This document shows positions 10,965 through 20,282 of a stretch of DNA of 32,000 nt, piece by piece. The notes beneath the pieces were generated by a model, which ran no database searches, was not told the DNA's origin, and was given only the letters and a program-made list of their open reading frames with translations. Position 1 is the stretch's first letter; every line of letters begins with the position of its first letter. The stretch covers positions 1,410,001-1,442,000 of the forward strand of contig LT962688.1 of NCBI GenBank assembly GCA_900234795.1. Reading direction: 5' to 3'. The translations under genes were made by a program, and so were the position numbers. Source of the stretch: Methylorubrum extorquens (GTDB lineage Bacteria > Pseudomonadota > Alphaproteobacteria > Rhizobiales > Beijerinckiaceae).

Positions 10965-12027
10965 TCAGGGGATGACCCGCTCCGCCCGCAGCCGCGCGAA
11001 CAGGTCGAAGAACGCGTCGTCCGAGGGCTGGTAATCGAGGAAGCCCAGGCGCCGGCTCTTGCTCATGTCGGTCACGACTTCGATCGGCCGGCCGAGATCG
11101 GCATCGGTGTGCCACGCCGAGGCCAGGCGGTTCAGGTCGGGCTCGATCAGGCCGTGGCGCTCGGCCAACTCGGCCCAGAGCGGGGCGGCGCCCGCCATCT
11201 GTGCTTCCAGCGGGTTCACCGCGCCGTCGAAGGGTGCGGGCTCGATGCCGAACCATTGGGCGAGCCGGCCCCACATCCATTGCCAGCGGAAGACGTCGCC
11301 GTTGACGACGTTGAAGGCCTCGTTATGCGCGGCCTCCGTCAGCGCCGCCCATTCGAGGTGGCGGGCGAGCAGCCGCGCGTCGGTCACGTCGGTGAGCCCG
11401 TTCCACTGCGCCGCCGAGCCGGGGAAGCGGAAGGGCCGTCCGGTCTCGCGGCAGAGCGTGGCGTAGACGGCCAGCGTCACGCCCATGTTCATGGCGTTGC
11501 CGAGCGCGTAGCCGACGATCGTGTGCGGGCGGTGCACGCTCCACGAGAATCCGTCGCGCGCGGCGGCCTCGAACACCGCATCCTCCTGCGCGTAGTAGAA
11601 GTTCTCGACGGGCAGGCGCGGCAGGTCCTCGCGAAACGGCGTCGGCGGCAGGCTGCCCTTCCCGTAGGACTCGAACGGCCCGAGATAGTGCTTGAGCCCC
11701 GTCACCAGCGCCACGTGGCGCAGGCTGGCCGCCGGGCGGAGCGCGTCGAGAAGGTTGGCGACCATCGCGGCGTTGACGCGGATGTTCTCGGCTTCCGTCG
11801 GCTGGCGCAGCCAGGTGGTGAGGAAGACGTGGCTCGGCGCGTGCCCCCTCCAGCGACCGGGCGAGTGCGGCCGGGTCGAGCAGGTCGGCGGCGATCGGCG
11901 TGACCCCGGCGATCTCCGGCGGGCGCCGGGCGAGCCCCTCGACGCGCCAGCCCTGCGCCACGAGGTGCCGGGCGAGGTTGTTGCCGACGATACCGCCGAC
12001 GCCCGCGATCAATGCCGTTCCCGCCAT
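10965..12027 (-). pseudogene. SDR-family NAD(P)-dependent oxidoreductase (progesterone-5-beta-reductase/VEP1-like), interrupted by a 1-nt frameshift
   Basis: The N-terminal Rossmann part MAGTALIAGVGGIVGNNLARHLVAQGWRVEGLARRP...SLEG is in one frame. The rest (SHVFLTTWLRQPTEAENIRVNAAMVANLLDAL... to the stop at 10965) is in another. The span is 1063 nt, which is 3n+1. The frames join cleanly if the C5 run at 11844-11848 (G5 on the coding strand) is read as 4 nt, giving ...SLEGHAPSHVFLTTW... Confidence 0.8.
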
Positions 12028-12143
12028 ACCCAACTCCGGTCCCGTCCTCGGCCCCGTCACGTCCGGTGCGGCGCCTCCTGATCGGAAACCGGTCTGGGGG
12101 CGATCCGTTCGATCCCGTATCGACCCCGCGTCCGGCAATCCCC

Positions 12144-13461
12144 CTAACCGGCGGTGGGCTCCAGGCTCTCCCGGCCGTCGAGCACCCGCACGGCACGCTC
12201 CCGGTCGAGGTCGCCCTCCCAAGCGGCGACGACGACGGTGGCGACGCAATTGCCGATCAGGTTGCCCAGCGACCGGGCGATGCCAACGAACCAATCGACC
12301 GAGAGCACCAGCACGAGGCCGATCGCGGGAATCGAGGGGGACGGCGTTCAGGGTCGCGGCCAGGATCACGATGGCCGAGCCGGGCACGCCGTGGGCGCCC
12401 TTCGAGGTGACCAGCGAGACGCCGAGCACCAGCATCAGGTCGCTGAAGGAGAGCGGCGTGTTGGTCGCCTGCGCGATGAAGACGACGGCAAGCGTCAGGT
12501 AGATCGAGAAGGCGTCGAGGTTGAAGGAATAGCCCGTGGGCACCACGAGGCCGACGGTGGAGTCCTTCACCCCGAGATGCACGAGCTTGCGCATGATCTG
12601 CGGCAGCACCGCGTCGGAGGAGGAGGTGCCGAGCACGATGGTCAGCTCCTCGCGCAGATAGATCAGGAGCTTGACGAGGCTGAGGCCCGCGAGCCGCATC
12701 ACCGCGCCGAGGATCACGAACACGAACAAAGCCACCGCGAGATAGAACAGGGCCACGAGCGAGAGGAGCTGCGCCAGCGAGCCGATGCCATAGCGTCCGA
12801 CCGTGTAGGCGACGGCGCCGAACACCCCGAGCGGGGCCACTCGCACGATCAGCCCCATGGCCTTGAACAGCACCGTGGAGAGGGCGTCGATCAGGCCCGA
12901 GACCGCCCTGGCCTTCTCGCCGCCGACCAGGGCGAGGCTCACCCCGAACAGCACGGCGAAGAACAGCACCTGCAGCACGTCGTTGCGGGCGAACGCATCG
13001 AAGGCGGTCTTAGGGATGATGGCGAGGAGGAAATGCGCGATGCCGCCGCCCTGCAGCTTCTGCGCGGAATCGGCGTAGCCGCCGAGGGCCCCGGCATCGA
13101 GGCTTGCGACATCGATGTTCATGCCGTGGCCCGGTCCGACGAGGTAGGCGAGCCCGAGCCCGAGCAAGAGAGCCAGGCTCGTCATCACCTCGAAATAGAT
13201 TAGCGCCTTCACGCCGACCCGCCCGACCTTCCCGAGGTCGCCCGCCCCGGCGATGCCGTGCACGACGACGCAGAACACGATCGGCGCCACGATCATCGCG
13301 ATCAGCCGGAGGAAGGCGTCGCTCAGGATCTTCAGCTCTGCGGCGAAGCCGGGCGCCAGAGCGCCGACGAGGATGCCGGCCAGAAGCCCGGCGATCACCT
13401 GCACGAACAGGGACTTGTGGAGCGGCGCCCGCTCGGTTGGCAGGGTGGCGGCATGGCTCAT
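12144..13461 (-). pseudogene. dctA: C4-dicarboxylate/aspartate:cation symporter DctA, interrupted by a 1-nt frameshift
   Basis: MSHAATLPTERAPLHKSLFVQVIAGLLAGI...[25 protein letters not shown] is typical DctA. The conserved C-terminus [54 protein letters not shown]...* continues in another frame, ending at the stop at 12144-12146. The span is 1318 nt, which is 3n+1. The shift sits at the G5 run at 12336-12340 (C5 on the coding strand). ATG 13461 is preceded by GAGGAG. Confidence 0.85.
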
Positions 13462-13610
13462 CGGGCGGGCTCCTCGCAGCATTTTCGACCTGCGCGCCGC
13501 CGAACGGGCTTCCGCTTCGGCGAGAGGCACGTCGGCGGGAAGCATTTCGGTGCAAGGGGCGGCGCAGCGCCTCGCAGCCGCCCCCGCGCACAACGTGGGC
13601 GGGTATATCC

Positions 13611-15029
13611 TTAGACCCATCCGGTCAGGTAGTAGACCCCGATCACGAAAAATACGGCCACGGTCTTGATGATCGTGATGGCGAAGATGTCGCCGTAGGA
13701 CTGGCGGTGGGTCAGGCCGGTGACGGCGAGCAGCGTGATGACCGCGCCGTTATGGGGCAGGGTGTCCATGCCGCCGCTCGCCATGGAGGCGACCCGGTGC
13801 ATCACTTCGAGGGGGATGCCGGCCGCCTGCGCCGCCTCGACGAAGCGGCCGGACAGGGCGCCGAGCGCGATCGAGAGCCCGCCCGAGGCCGAGCCGGTGA
13901 CGCCGGCCAGCACGTTGACCGTCACCGCCTCGTTGATCAGCGGGTTGGGGATCGCCGAGAGCGCGTCCGAGATCACCTTGAAACCCGGCAGAGCAGCGAT
14001 GACCGCGCCGAAGCCGTACTCGGTGGCGGTGTTCATACCCGCCAGCAGCGAGCCGGCGACGGCCGCCTTGGAGCCTTCGGAAAACCGTTCGGCGAGGTTG
14101 CGGTAGCCAAGGATCACGGTGGCGAGGATGCCGAGAAGCAGCGCGCCCTGCACCGCCCAGATCGCCGCCACGGTCTTCACCTGTACGGTGACGGGATGGG
14201 CCGCCATCTCCGGGGTGAGCGCCGCGCTCGCCTGCTCGCCGTAGGCGGCGGTGATCCAGGCGAGCAGGAGCTTGTTGCCGATCCCGACGATGAGGAGCGG
14301 CAGGATCGCCACGGCGGGATGGATGACCACCTTGTCCTCGACCGCCTGCGGCTCGTTGGTGTGGCCCTCGCCGTAGCCCTCGTCCCCGGCGGAGCGGCGG
14401 CGCCATTCGAGATAGGCGACGCCGACCGCGAACACGAAGAGCGCGCCGATGACGCCGAGCCACGGGGCGGCGTAGGCGTCGGTCTTGAAGAAGGAGGCCG
14501 GGATGATGTTCTGGATCTGCGGCGTGCCCGGCAGGGTGTCCATGGTGAAGGTGAAGGCGCCGAGCGCGATCGTGCCGGGGATCAGGCGCTTGGGGATGTT
14601 CGAGCGGCGAAACAGCTCGGCGGCGAAGGGGTAGACGGCGAAGACCGCCACGAACAGCGAGACGCCGCCATAGGTGAGGATCGCGCCCACCAGCACGATC
14701 GCGACGATCGCCCTTCCCTCGCCCAAGAGCCCGGTGACGGCGCCGACGATGGAGCGGGCGAACCCTGAGATCTCGATGAGCTTGCCGAACACGGCGCCGA
14801 GCAGGAAGACGGGGAAGTACAGCTTCAGGAAGCCGACCAGCTTCTCCATGAACAGCCCGGAGAACAGGGTCGGCACGGCGGCCGGATCGGTCAGCAGCAC
14901 CGCGCCCATGGCGGCGACCGGTGCGAACAGGATCACCGAGAAGCCGCGATAGGCAATTCCCATCAGGAAGAAGAGCGCCGCGAGGCAGATCAGGAAGCTC
15001 AAGGCACGCGCCCTCCCCGCACCTCTCAC
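13611..15029 (-). CDS. GntP-family permease (gluconate/hydroxy-acid:H+ symporter family)
   Basis: The 472-aa polytopic membrane protein has an N-terminus (...AYRGFSVILFAPVAAM...FPVFLLGAVFGKL...LTYGGVSLFVAVFAVYP...IPKRLIPGTIALGAFTFTM..LPGTPQIQN) that matches GntP-family permeases as I recall them. The start is either GTG 15029 or, with a better SD (GGGGAGGG), TTG 15002. Confidence 0.85.
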   Translation of the reverse strand: MRGAGRARALSFLICLAALFFLMGIAYRGFSVILFAPVAAMGAVLLTDPAAVPTLFSGLFMEKLVGFLKLYFPVFLLGAVFGKLIEISGFARSIVGAVTGLLGEGRAIVAIVLVGAILTYGGVSLFVAVFAVYPFAAELFRRSNIPKRLIPGTIALGAFTFTMDTLPGTPQIQNIIPASFFKTDAYAAPWLGVIGALFVFAVGVAYLEWRRRSAGDEGYGEGHTNEPQAVEDKVVIHPAVAILPLLIVGIGNKLLLAWITAAYGEQASAALTPEMAAHPVTVQVKTVAAIWAVQGALLLGILATVILGYRNLAERFSEGSKAAVAGSLLAGMNTATEYGFGAVIAALPGFKVISDALSAIPNPLINEAVTVNVLAGVTGSASGGLSIALGALSGRFVEAAQAAGIPLEVMHRVASMASGGMDTLPHNGAVITLLAVTGLTHRQSYGDIFAITIIKTVAVFFVIGVYYLTGWV

Positions 15030-15082
15030 GGTGCGCGAGGCTCAATCTGCCCCAAGCGCGGCCGTGTTCAATGGAGGCGGGG

Positions 15083-15574
15083 TTACAGGGGGCGGTGCAT
15101 CACCAGCGCATCGACCGGCCCGAGGGTGGGATGGCGGAACACGCCGGGCAGGCGGCCGACCTCCCTGAGGCCGAGGCTCGTCCAGAGCGCGACGGCGTGG
15201 GTGTTGGTGGCGACCACCAGATTGAACTGCATCGCGGAAAAGCCCAGCGCCCGGGCGGCCTCGAAGGAGTGCAGGCCCATGGCGCGGGCGATGCCCCGCC
15301 CCCGCGCCTCGGGATGCGTGGCGTAGGTGCCGTTGGCGACATGATCGCCGGGCCCGAGCTGGTTGGCGCGGACGTAGTAGCTGCCCAGCACCGCGCCCGC
15401 GCTCTCCGCGACGAAGACATGGTGGGCCGGGGAGAACCAGTAGGCGAGCGCCCGCTCCCCGTCCCAGTCCCGCGGCAGGGCGTAGGCCTCCCCCGCGCGC
15501 AGGATCGGCTCCAGGATCGACCAGATCGCGTCGTGGTCACGGCTTTGCGCCGGGCGGATCAGGAGGTCGGTCAT
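15083..15574 (-). CDS. GNAT-family N-acetyltransferase
   Basis: 163 aa from ATG 15574 (MTDLLIRPAQSRDHDAIWSIL...). An acetyl-CoA-binding motif-A-like segment HPEARGRGIARAMG is present. The gene is on the same strand as, and immediately upstream of, the GntP-family gene. Confidence 0.8.
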   Translation of the reverse strand: MTDLLIRPAQSRDHDAIWSILEPILRAGEAYALPRDWDGERALAYWFSPAHHVFVAESAGAVLGSYYVRANQLGPGDHVANGTYATHPEARGRGIARAMGLHSFEAARALGFSAMQFNLVVATNTHAVALWTSLGLREVGRLPGVFRHPTLGPVDALVMHRPL

Positions 15575-15910
15575 CGGGGCCGCGGAAGGGTCCGGTGCAA
15601 GGGGGCCGTGCAGTAGGCCGTTACAACGATGCCGGTCACCGGCAACGGTCACGGCGCTGGTAACGCGGATCGACCGCCGCCGGGCTCCCGGCTGGGAGCG
15701 GTGGGATCTTTCGGCGCAGACGCCTGACCCTTTCGGACGAACCTGTGCCCGCGCGGAGACGAAACGTCTCTCAAGATGCGGAGAAACCTCGAAAAACAGT
15801 CCTTTTGCCCGGCTCCTGACCGGCGTTGACGGCAGGATTTTTCCAGATTGAGACTTCGAGGCGGTCGCACCGCGCGGCCGCCCGACGACCTGTCAGAGGG
15901 AGCAAACGCG

Positions 15911-16363
15911 ATGTATCGCAGATCGACGATCCTTGCCGCCTTTGCCGCCGCACTGTCGCTGACCCCGGTCCTTCCGGCGGCCGCCCTCGCGATGCCGATG
16001 GGCGGAAGCTTCACCGGCCGGGTCGAGAGCCACGCACCGCAGGTTCTGGGCCCGAACGAGGTCAAGCTCCAGCAGACCGCCTCCGGGATCAACACTGGCC
16101 CCGGCACCCCGCTCGACGGCGCCCGGGTGCAGTGGGTGGAAACCCTCACGCTCAAGAACGGCCAGGGGCCGGTGCAGGGCACCATCACCTTCACGACGCC
16201 CGGCGGCTCGACCTCGAGCCTCTACCGGGGCACGGTCACGACCGACGCTCAGGGCCGCGTCACGGCGACGGGCACCTATCAGGACAGCGCGGCGACCGAC
16301 GAGTTCGCCGGCCAGTGGCAGGGCGAGGTGACGCTGCCGGGCCAAACCTCGTCGAAGCGCTGA
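15911..16363 (+). CDS. Hypothetical secreted protein (150 aa)
   Basis: ATG 15911 is preceded by GAGGGAG. Signal peptide MYRRSTILAAFAAALSLTPVLPAAALA. The mature part is Gly/Thr-rich and beta-like, GC3 is high, and I recognise no family. Confidence 0.7.
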   Translation: MYRRSTILAAFAAALSLTPVLPAAALAMPMGGSFTGRVESHAPQVLGPNEVKLQQTASGINTGPGTPLDGARVQWVETLTLKNGQGPVQGTITFTTPGGSTSSLYRGTVTTDAQGRVTATGTYQDSAATDEFAGQWQGEVTLPGQTSSKR

Positions 16364-16379
16364 AACGCGACGCGGCGCC

Positions 16380-17231
16380 TCAGCCCGAGACGGAATCGGT
16401 CGCCGGGCGGCGCTCCGGTTCCGTCGTCGGCACCGCCTTGTCCGCGTCGCCGCCGGGGATCAGCGCGATCCGGCCCCAGCCCGGCAGCTTCAGGGCCGGG
16501 CGGCGCCAATCGAGGCCGGCCACCGCGCCGAGCAGGTTGAGTTCCAGCCCGTCGACCCAGCCGATGGTGAGGCCGACATAGCCGCGCCAGGTCAGGCGCA
16601 GGCCCGTGCCGCTCGGGGTGATTTCGGCGATGCGGCCGGGCGGCGTCCAGTCCTTGCCGAGCGCGGTGGGCGGCAGCGGCACGTCGTTGTCGGGGATGCG
16701 CGCGACGACGTGGGCGGCGAAGGTGTTCGAGTTCGGCCCCGGCCACGCCTGGTACGAGCCCTGGCTGCGGTGGGGATAGTCCGCCACCGCCGCGCGGATG
16801 CCGGGGATCGCCCGCGCCGCCGCCTCGCCGTCGAGCCCGAGCACGATCTCCGGCTCGTTGCCGAACCAGCGCCCGTCCGGGGCGTAGGCGTCGGTGCGCA
16901 CGGGCCGGCCCCAGCCGACCACGTCGTAGCGGGTGTAGCGAGGCGCCCCGGCCTCCTTGATCACCACCCAGCTGTGGTGGGCGAAGATGCCCCGCCAGCG
17001 CCCGACCCGGGCGGCGTAGACCCGCACCATCGCCCCCGGCACGGCGGCGGCCGGCGGGAGCAGCCCGGCGCTCGACCAATCCGCCGTCGACCAGTTGTCC
17101 GCGCGTCCGCCCTTCGCGGTCCACCACAGGGCGTGGGTCGCGAGCGGAACGAGGAAGAGAAGGATGAGGATGAGGAGGCCGAGGCCGAGAAGGAGCAAGC
17201 GGAGAGCGGGCAGGAGCACGTCGGTGGGCAT
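16380..17231 (-). CDS. Membrane-anchored hypothetical protein, probably DUF3750 family
   Basis: An N-terminal TM helix (LLPALRLLLLGLGLLILILLFLV) is followed by a conserved-looking globular domain (IFAHHSWVVIKE...RYDVVGWG...). The family name is from memory only. Start at ATG 17231; the alternative is 17267. Confidence 0.65.
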   Translation of the reverse strand: MPTDVLLPALRLLLLGLGLLILILLFLVPLATHALWWTAKGGRADNWSTADWSSAGLLPPAAAVPGAMVRVYAARVGRWRGIFAHHSWVVIKEAGAPRYTRYDVVGWGRPVRTDAYAPDGRWFGNEPEIVLGLDGEAAARAIPGIRAAVADYPHRSQGSYQAWPGPNSNTFAAHVVARIPDNDVPLPPTALGKDWTPPGRIAEITPSGTGLRLTWRGYVGLTIGWVDGLELNLLGAVAGLDWRRPALKLPGWGRIALIPGGDADKAVPTTEPERRPATDSVSG

Positions 17232-17435
17232 CGGGTTCCGGAAAACATCAATCCGGACAGGCGGCACCTCCTCCGGGGCCCCCCAATGTCACGTCCGGCT
17301 CCGCTCGGCACAAGCGCCTGCGACGCCACGCGCCGGGTGACAGTGCGCGCCCCGTGCAGCCGCGCACCGGACAGCCGCCTGATGCAGGCCGGTCACACAG
17401 GCCGTCCCCGACGGAACGGGCGGCAGATAAGCCTT

Positions 17436-17474
17436 GCAACATTGTAACATTCCCGCGATGAAACATTGTAACGT
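17436..17474. promoter_or_regulatory. AT-rich tandem/direct repeats (GCAACATT GTAACATT - N8 - GAAACATT GTAACGTG); AACATTGTAAC occurs twice, 24 bp apart. Candidate operator overlapping the TonB-receptor promoter.
   Basis: Read directly: AACATTGTAAC at 17438-17448 and 17462-17472, 24-58 bp upstream of the receptor ATG (17496). This is the only AT-rich patch in this intergenic region. Confidence 0.5.
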
Positions 17475-17495
17475 GACGGGGCTGGATCGACGGGC

Positions 17496-19692
17496 ATGCG
17501 GGGGGGACGTTCAGGACGGATGCTGCTGGCGGCGGGGGCGGTGCTGACGGGCGTGCCCGGAACCGTGCTCTCGGCGCGGGCGCAGGAGGCGGCCACGCTG
17601 GAGGAGATCAGCGTGACCTCGGTGAGCCCGATCCAGGGCCGGCCCGCCGCTCCGGCGGCTCCCTCCCCCGCCGTGCCGTTCGCCCGCGCGGCCGAGGTGC
17701 TGCCGGTGGTGACGAACACCTTCTCGCCGGTCACCGTGGTGCCGCAGGAGCGGATCGCCCGCGACCAGCCGCGCACGCTCGGCGACGCGCTGTTCGACCG
17801 GCCCGGCATCTCCGCCTCGACCTACGCGCCAGGGGCGGCCTCGCGGCCGATCATCCGCGGCCTAGACAACGCCCGGGTGCGCATCCAGGAGAACGGCATC
17901 GTCAACGGCGGCGTGTCGGATCTCGGCGAGGATCACGCGGTGCCGGTCAACCCACTCAATGCCAGCCGGATCGAGGTGATCCGCGGCCCCGCGACCCTGC
18001 GCTACGGCTCGGGCGCGATCGGCGGCGTGGTCTCGGCCGAGAACAACCAAGTGCCGACCTTCATCCCCCGCCCGCGGGATCACGGGGCAGGTCACGACGG
18101 GCTACACCACCGTCGACAACGGCCGGCTCGGGGCGGCGAGCGTCGATGCGGGCGCGAACGGCATCGCGGTCCATGCCGACGGGTTCGCGACCGCGACCGA
18201 TTCCTACGCGATCCCCGGCGGCATCCAGCGCAACTCGGCGACCGAGACGCAAGGGGGCTCGGTGGGCATCTCGGCGATCGGCGACCGCGGCTTCCTCGGC
18301 ATCTCCTACAGCCACTTCAACGCGCTCTATCAGATCCCCGGCGGCGAGGCGGCGGAAGCGCGCACCCGGCTCAACCCGAACCAGGACCGCGTGCTCGCCC
18401 GCGGCGAATACCGCCCGCTGGAAGGCCCGTTCGAGGTGCTGCGGTTCTGGGCCGGCGGCTCGGTCTACCGCCACGAGGAGATCGGCTTCGGGCACGCCCA
18501 TCACGATCACGGGGACGATGACGACCACGCGCATGAGGGCCCGGCCGGCGAGGGCGTGCAGGCGATCTTCAAGAACCGCGAGGTCGAAGCCCGGTTCGAG
18601 GCGCAGCACGTGCCGGTCTTCACCGCGCTCGGCACGCTCACCGGCGCGGTCGGCGTCCAGACGAGCCGGCGGGTGCTCAACTCGCAGCTCGAGAGCTTCC
18701 TGCCGCCGACCGAATCGCGGGTGCTGGCCGCCTACCTGTTCGAGGAACTGGCGGTCGGCGGGGGGCTCCGGTTCCAGGCCGCGGGCCGGATCGAGGGCGA
18801 CCGGCTCAACAGCATCGCGACGCAGTTCCCCGGCAGCTACCTTCCGACGGACGGGGACCCGCTCAGCTATGCCCTGACGCGCCGCTTCGCTCCCAAGAGC
18901 CTCAGCTTCGGCGCCCTGCAGGATCTGCCCTACGGCTTCGTGGCGAGCCTCAACGGCTCCTATGTCGAGCGTGCGCCCACCGGCGCCGAGCTGTTCTCGC
19001 AGGGGCCGCACCACGCCTCGGCGACCTTCGAGATCGGCGATCCGACCCTGCGGCTGGAGCGCGCCCGCACCGCCGAGATCTCCTTGCGCCGGGCGGACGG
19101 GCCGCTGCGGCTCGACGCCACCGGCTACGTCACGCGCTACACCGGCTTCATCTACCGGCGCGACACCGGGAACCGCTGCGACGACGATTTCGGCTCCTGC
19201 GGCTCCGGCGACGAGCTGCGCCAGGTCGTCTACTCGCAGGCCAATGCCAGCTTCTACGGCGCCGAGATCGGCGCGCAGCTCGATCTCTTCGCCGTCGGCG
19301 ACGGCTGGGCCGGAATCGAGGCGCAGTACGACTTCGTCCGCGCCCAGTTCGACGACGGCTCCTACGTCCCGCGCATCCCGCCGCACCGGCTCGGCGGCGG
19401 CGCCTTCGTGCGGGCGAACGGCTGGTTCGCACGGGTGAACCTGCTCCACGCCTTCGACCACACCGAGATCGCCCCGTTCGAGACCACGACCCCGGGCTGG
19501 AACGATCTTCGCGCCGAACTCGCCTACACCCAGGCGCTCGACCCCACCGTCTACGGCGCCACCGAGGTGACGCTGGGGCTGCAAGGCCGCAACCTGCTCG
19601 ACGACGACATCCGCAACTCGGCCTCGTTCAAGAAGGACGAGATCCTGCTGCCGGGCCGCAACCTCCGCCTGTTCCTGACGGCACGGTTCTGA
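17496..19692 (+). pseudogene. TonB-dependent outer-membrane receptor, ZnuD-like (His/Asp-rich loop), interrupted by a 1-nt frameshift
   Basis: The plug domain (RPIIRGLDNARVRIQENGI...DLGEDHAVPVNPL...IEVIRGPATLRYGSGAIGGVVSAENNQVPTFIP) is in frame 0. The barrel continues in frame +1 (ARGITGQVTTGYTTVDNG... to ...LPGRNLRLFLTARF, with terminal Phe). The span is 2197 nt, which is 3n+1. The shift is at the C5 run at 18065-18069. The loop GHAHHDHGDDDDHAHEG is encoded at 18490-18540. Confidence 0.85.
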
Positions 19693-19713
19693 GAAAGGGC
19701 CTCGCGCCCGCCC

Positions 19714-20157
19714 CTACTTGCCGCGGGCCGGCTTGCCCGCCGGCCGCTCGGGCGGCGTGACGGCGCCCGCCACCGTCCAGTGGCACACCGCCGTGCCCTT
19801 GAGGGTGAGGCAGTCGTAGGCGCGGCCGTTCAGGGCGACGTGGTCGGCGAGCCCCGTGACCGCGGCGCGGTCCACCGGGCTGCAGCCGAGATCGGATTTC
19901 GGATCGCTCGCGACCGCGAGCGCGGCGGCGCGATCCTCGCCCGTGCTGCGCAGGAGGCCGCGCAGGTTGGCCAGCGAGGTGCAGCCGACCACGGAAACGG
20001 GCCGGGCCTGGGCCTTCTGATCGCCGGCCCGGCCGCCCGTCCCCTGCCCCGTCGCTTGCCCTGTCCCTTGCGCAACGGCGCCCGGCGCGGACAGCGCGAG
20101 GACAAGCACAGCCGGGGCGGCGAGGGCTCGGTGAGCGACGTGCAGCAAGCGGGACAT
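19714..20157 (-). CDS. Hypothetical secreted protein with four Cys (147 aa)
   Basis: ATG 20157. Signal peptide MSRLLHVAHRALAAPAVLVLALSAPGAVAQ, then a GTGQATGQGTGG linker and a ~100-aa domain with 4 Cys. GC3 is high. The gene is convergent with the TonB receptor. Confidence 0.65.
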   Translation of the reverse strand: MSRLLHVAHRALAAPAVLVLALSAPGAVAQGTGQATGQGTGGRAGDQKAQARPVSVVGCTSLANLRGLLRSTGEDRAAALAVASDPKSDLGCSPVDRAAVTGLADHVALNGRAYDCLTLKGTAVCHWTVAGAVTPPERPAGKPARGK

Positions 20158-20282
20158 GGATCGGTCTCGGACGGTGGAGCCTGATCCCGAACGGCGGTTG
20201 CCGTTGTTCGGGACGCGACGCCGAGGCCCGGCATACCATGCCCGGTGCCCCGGACCGAGCCTGGCGCCTCCGGGGTGAGGCC

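Noticed and set aside
11323-13620. 765-aa ORF that looks like a DctA-SDR fusion protein
   Set aside because: It is a chimera created by read-through. After the dctA frameshift the frame drifts through non-homologous Arg/Pro-rich sequence, runs into the SDR N-terminus, and then into out-of-frame SDR sequence. The true DctA C-terminus and the SDR C-terminus are both present in other frames.
11844-18069. The C5/G5 tracts as phase-variable contingency loci or programmed ribosomal frameshift sites
   Set aside because: Five-nt runs are much shorter than known phase-variable tracts (usually 7 or more). There is no slippery heptamer, stimulatory structure or in-frame stop context like prfB. The affected genes are functionally unrelated. 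A sequencing artefact or simple mutation is more parsimonious.
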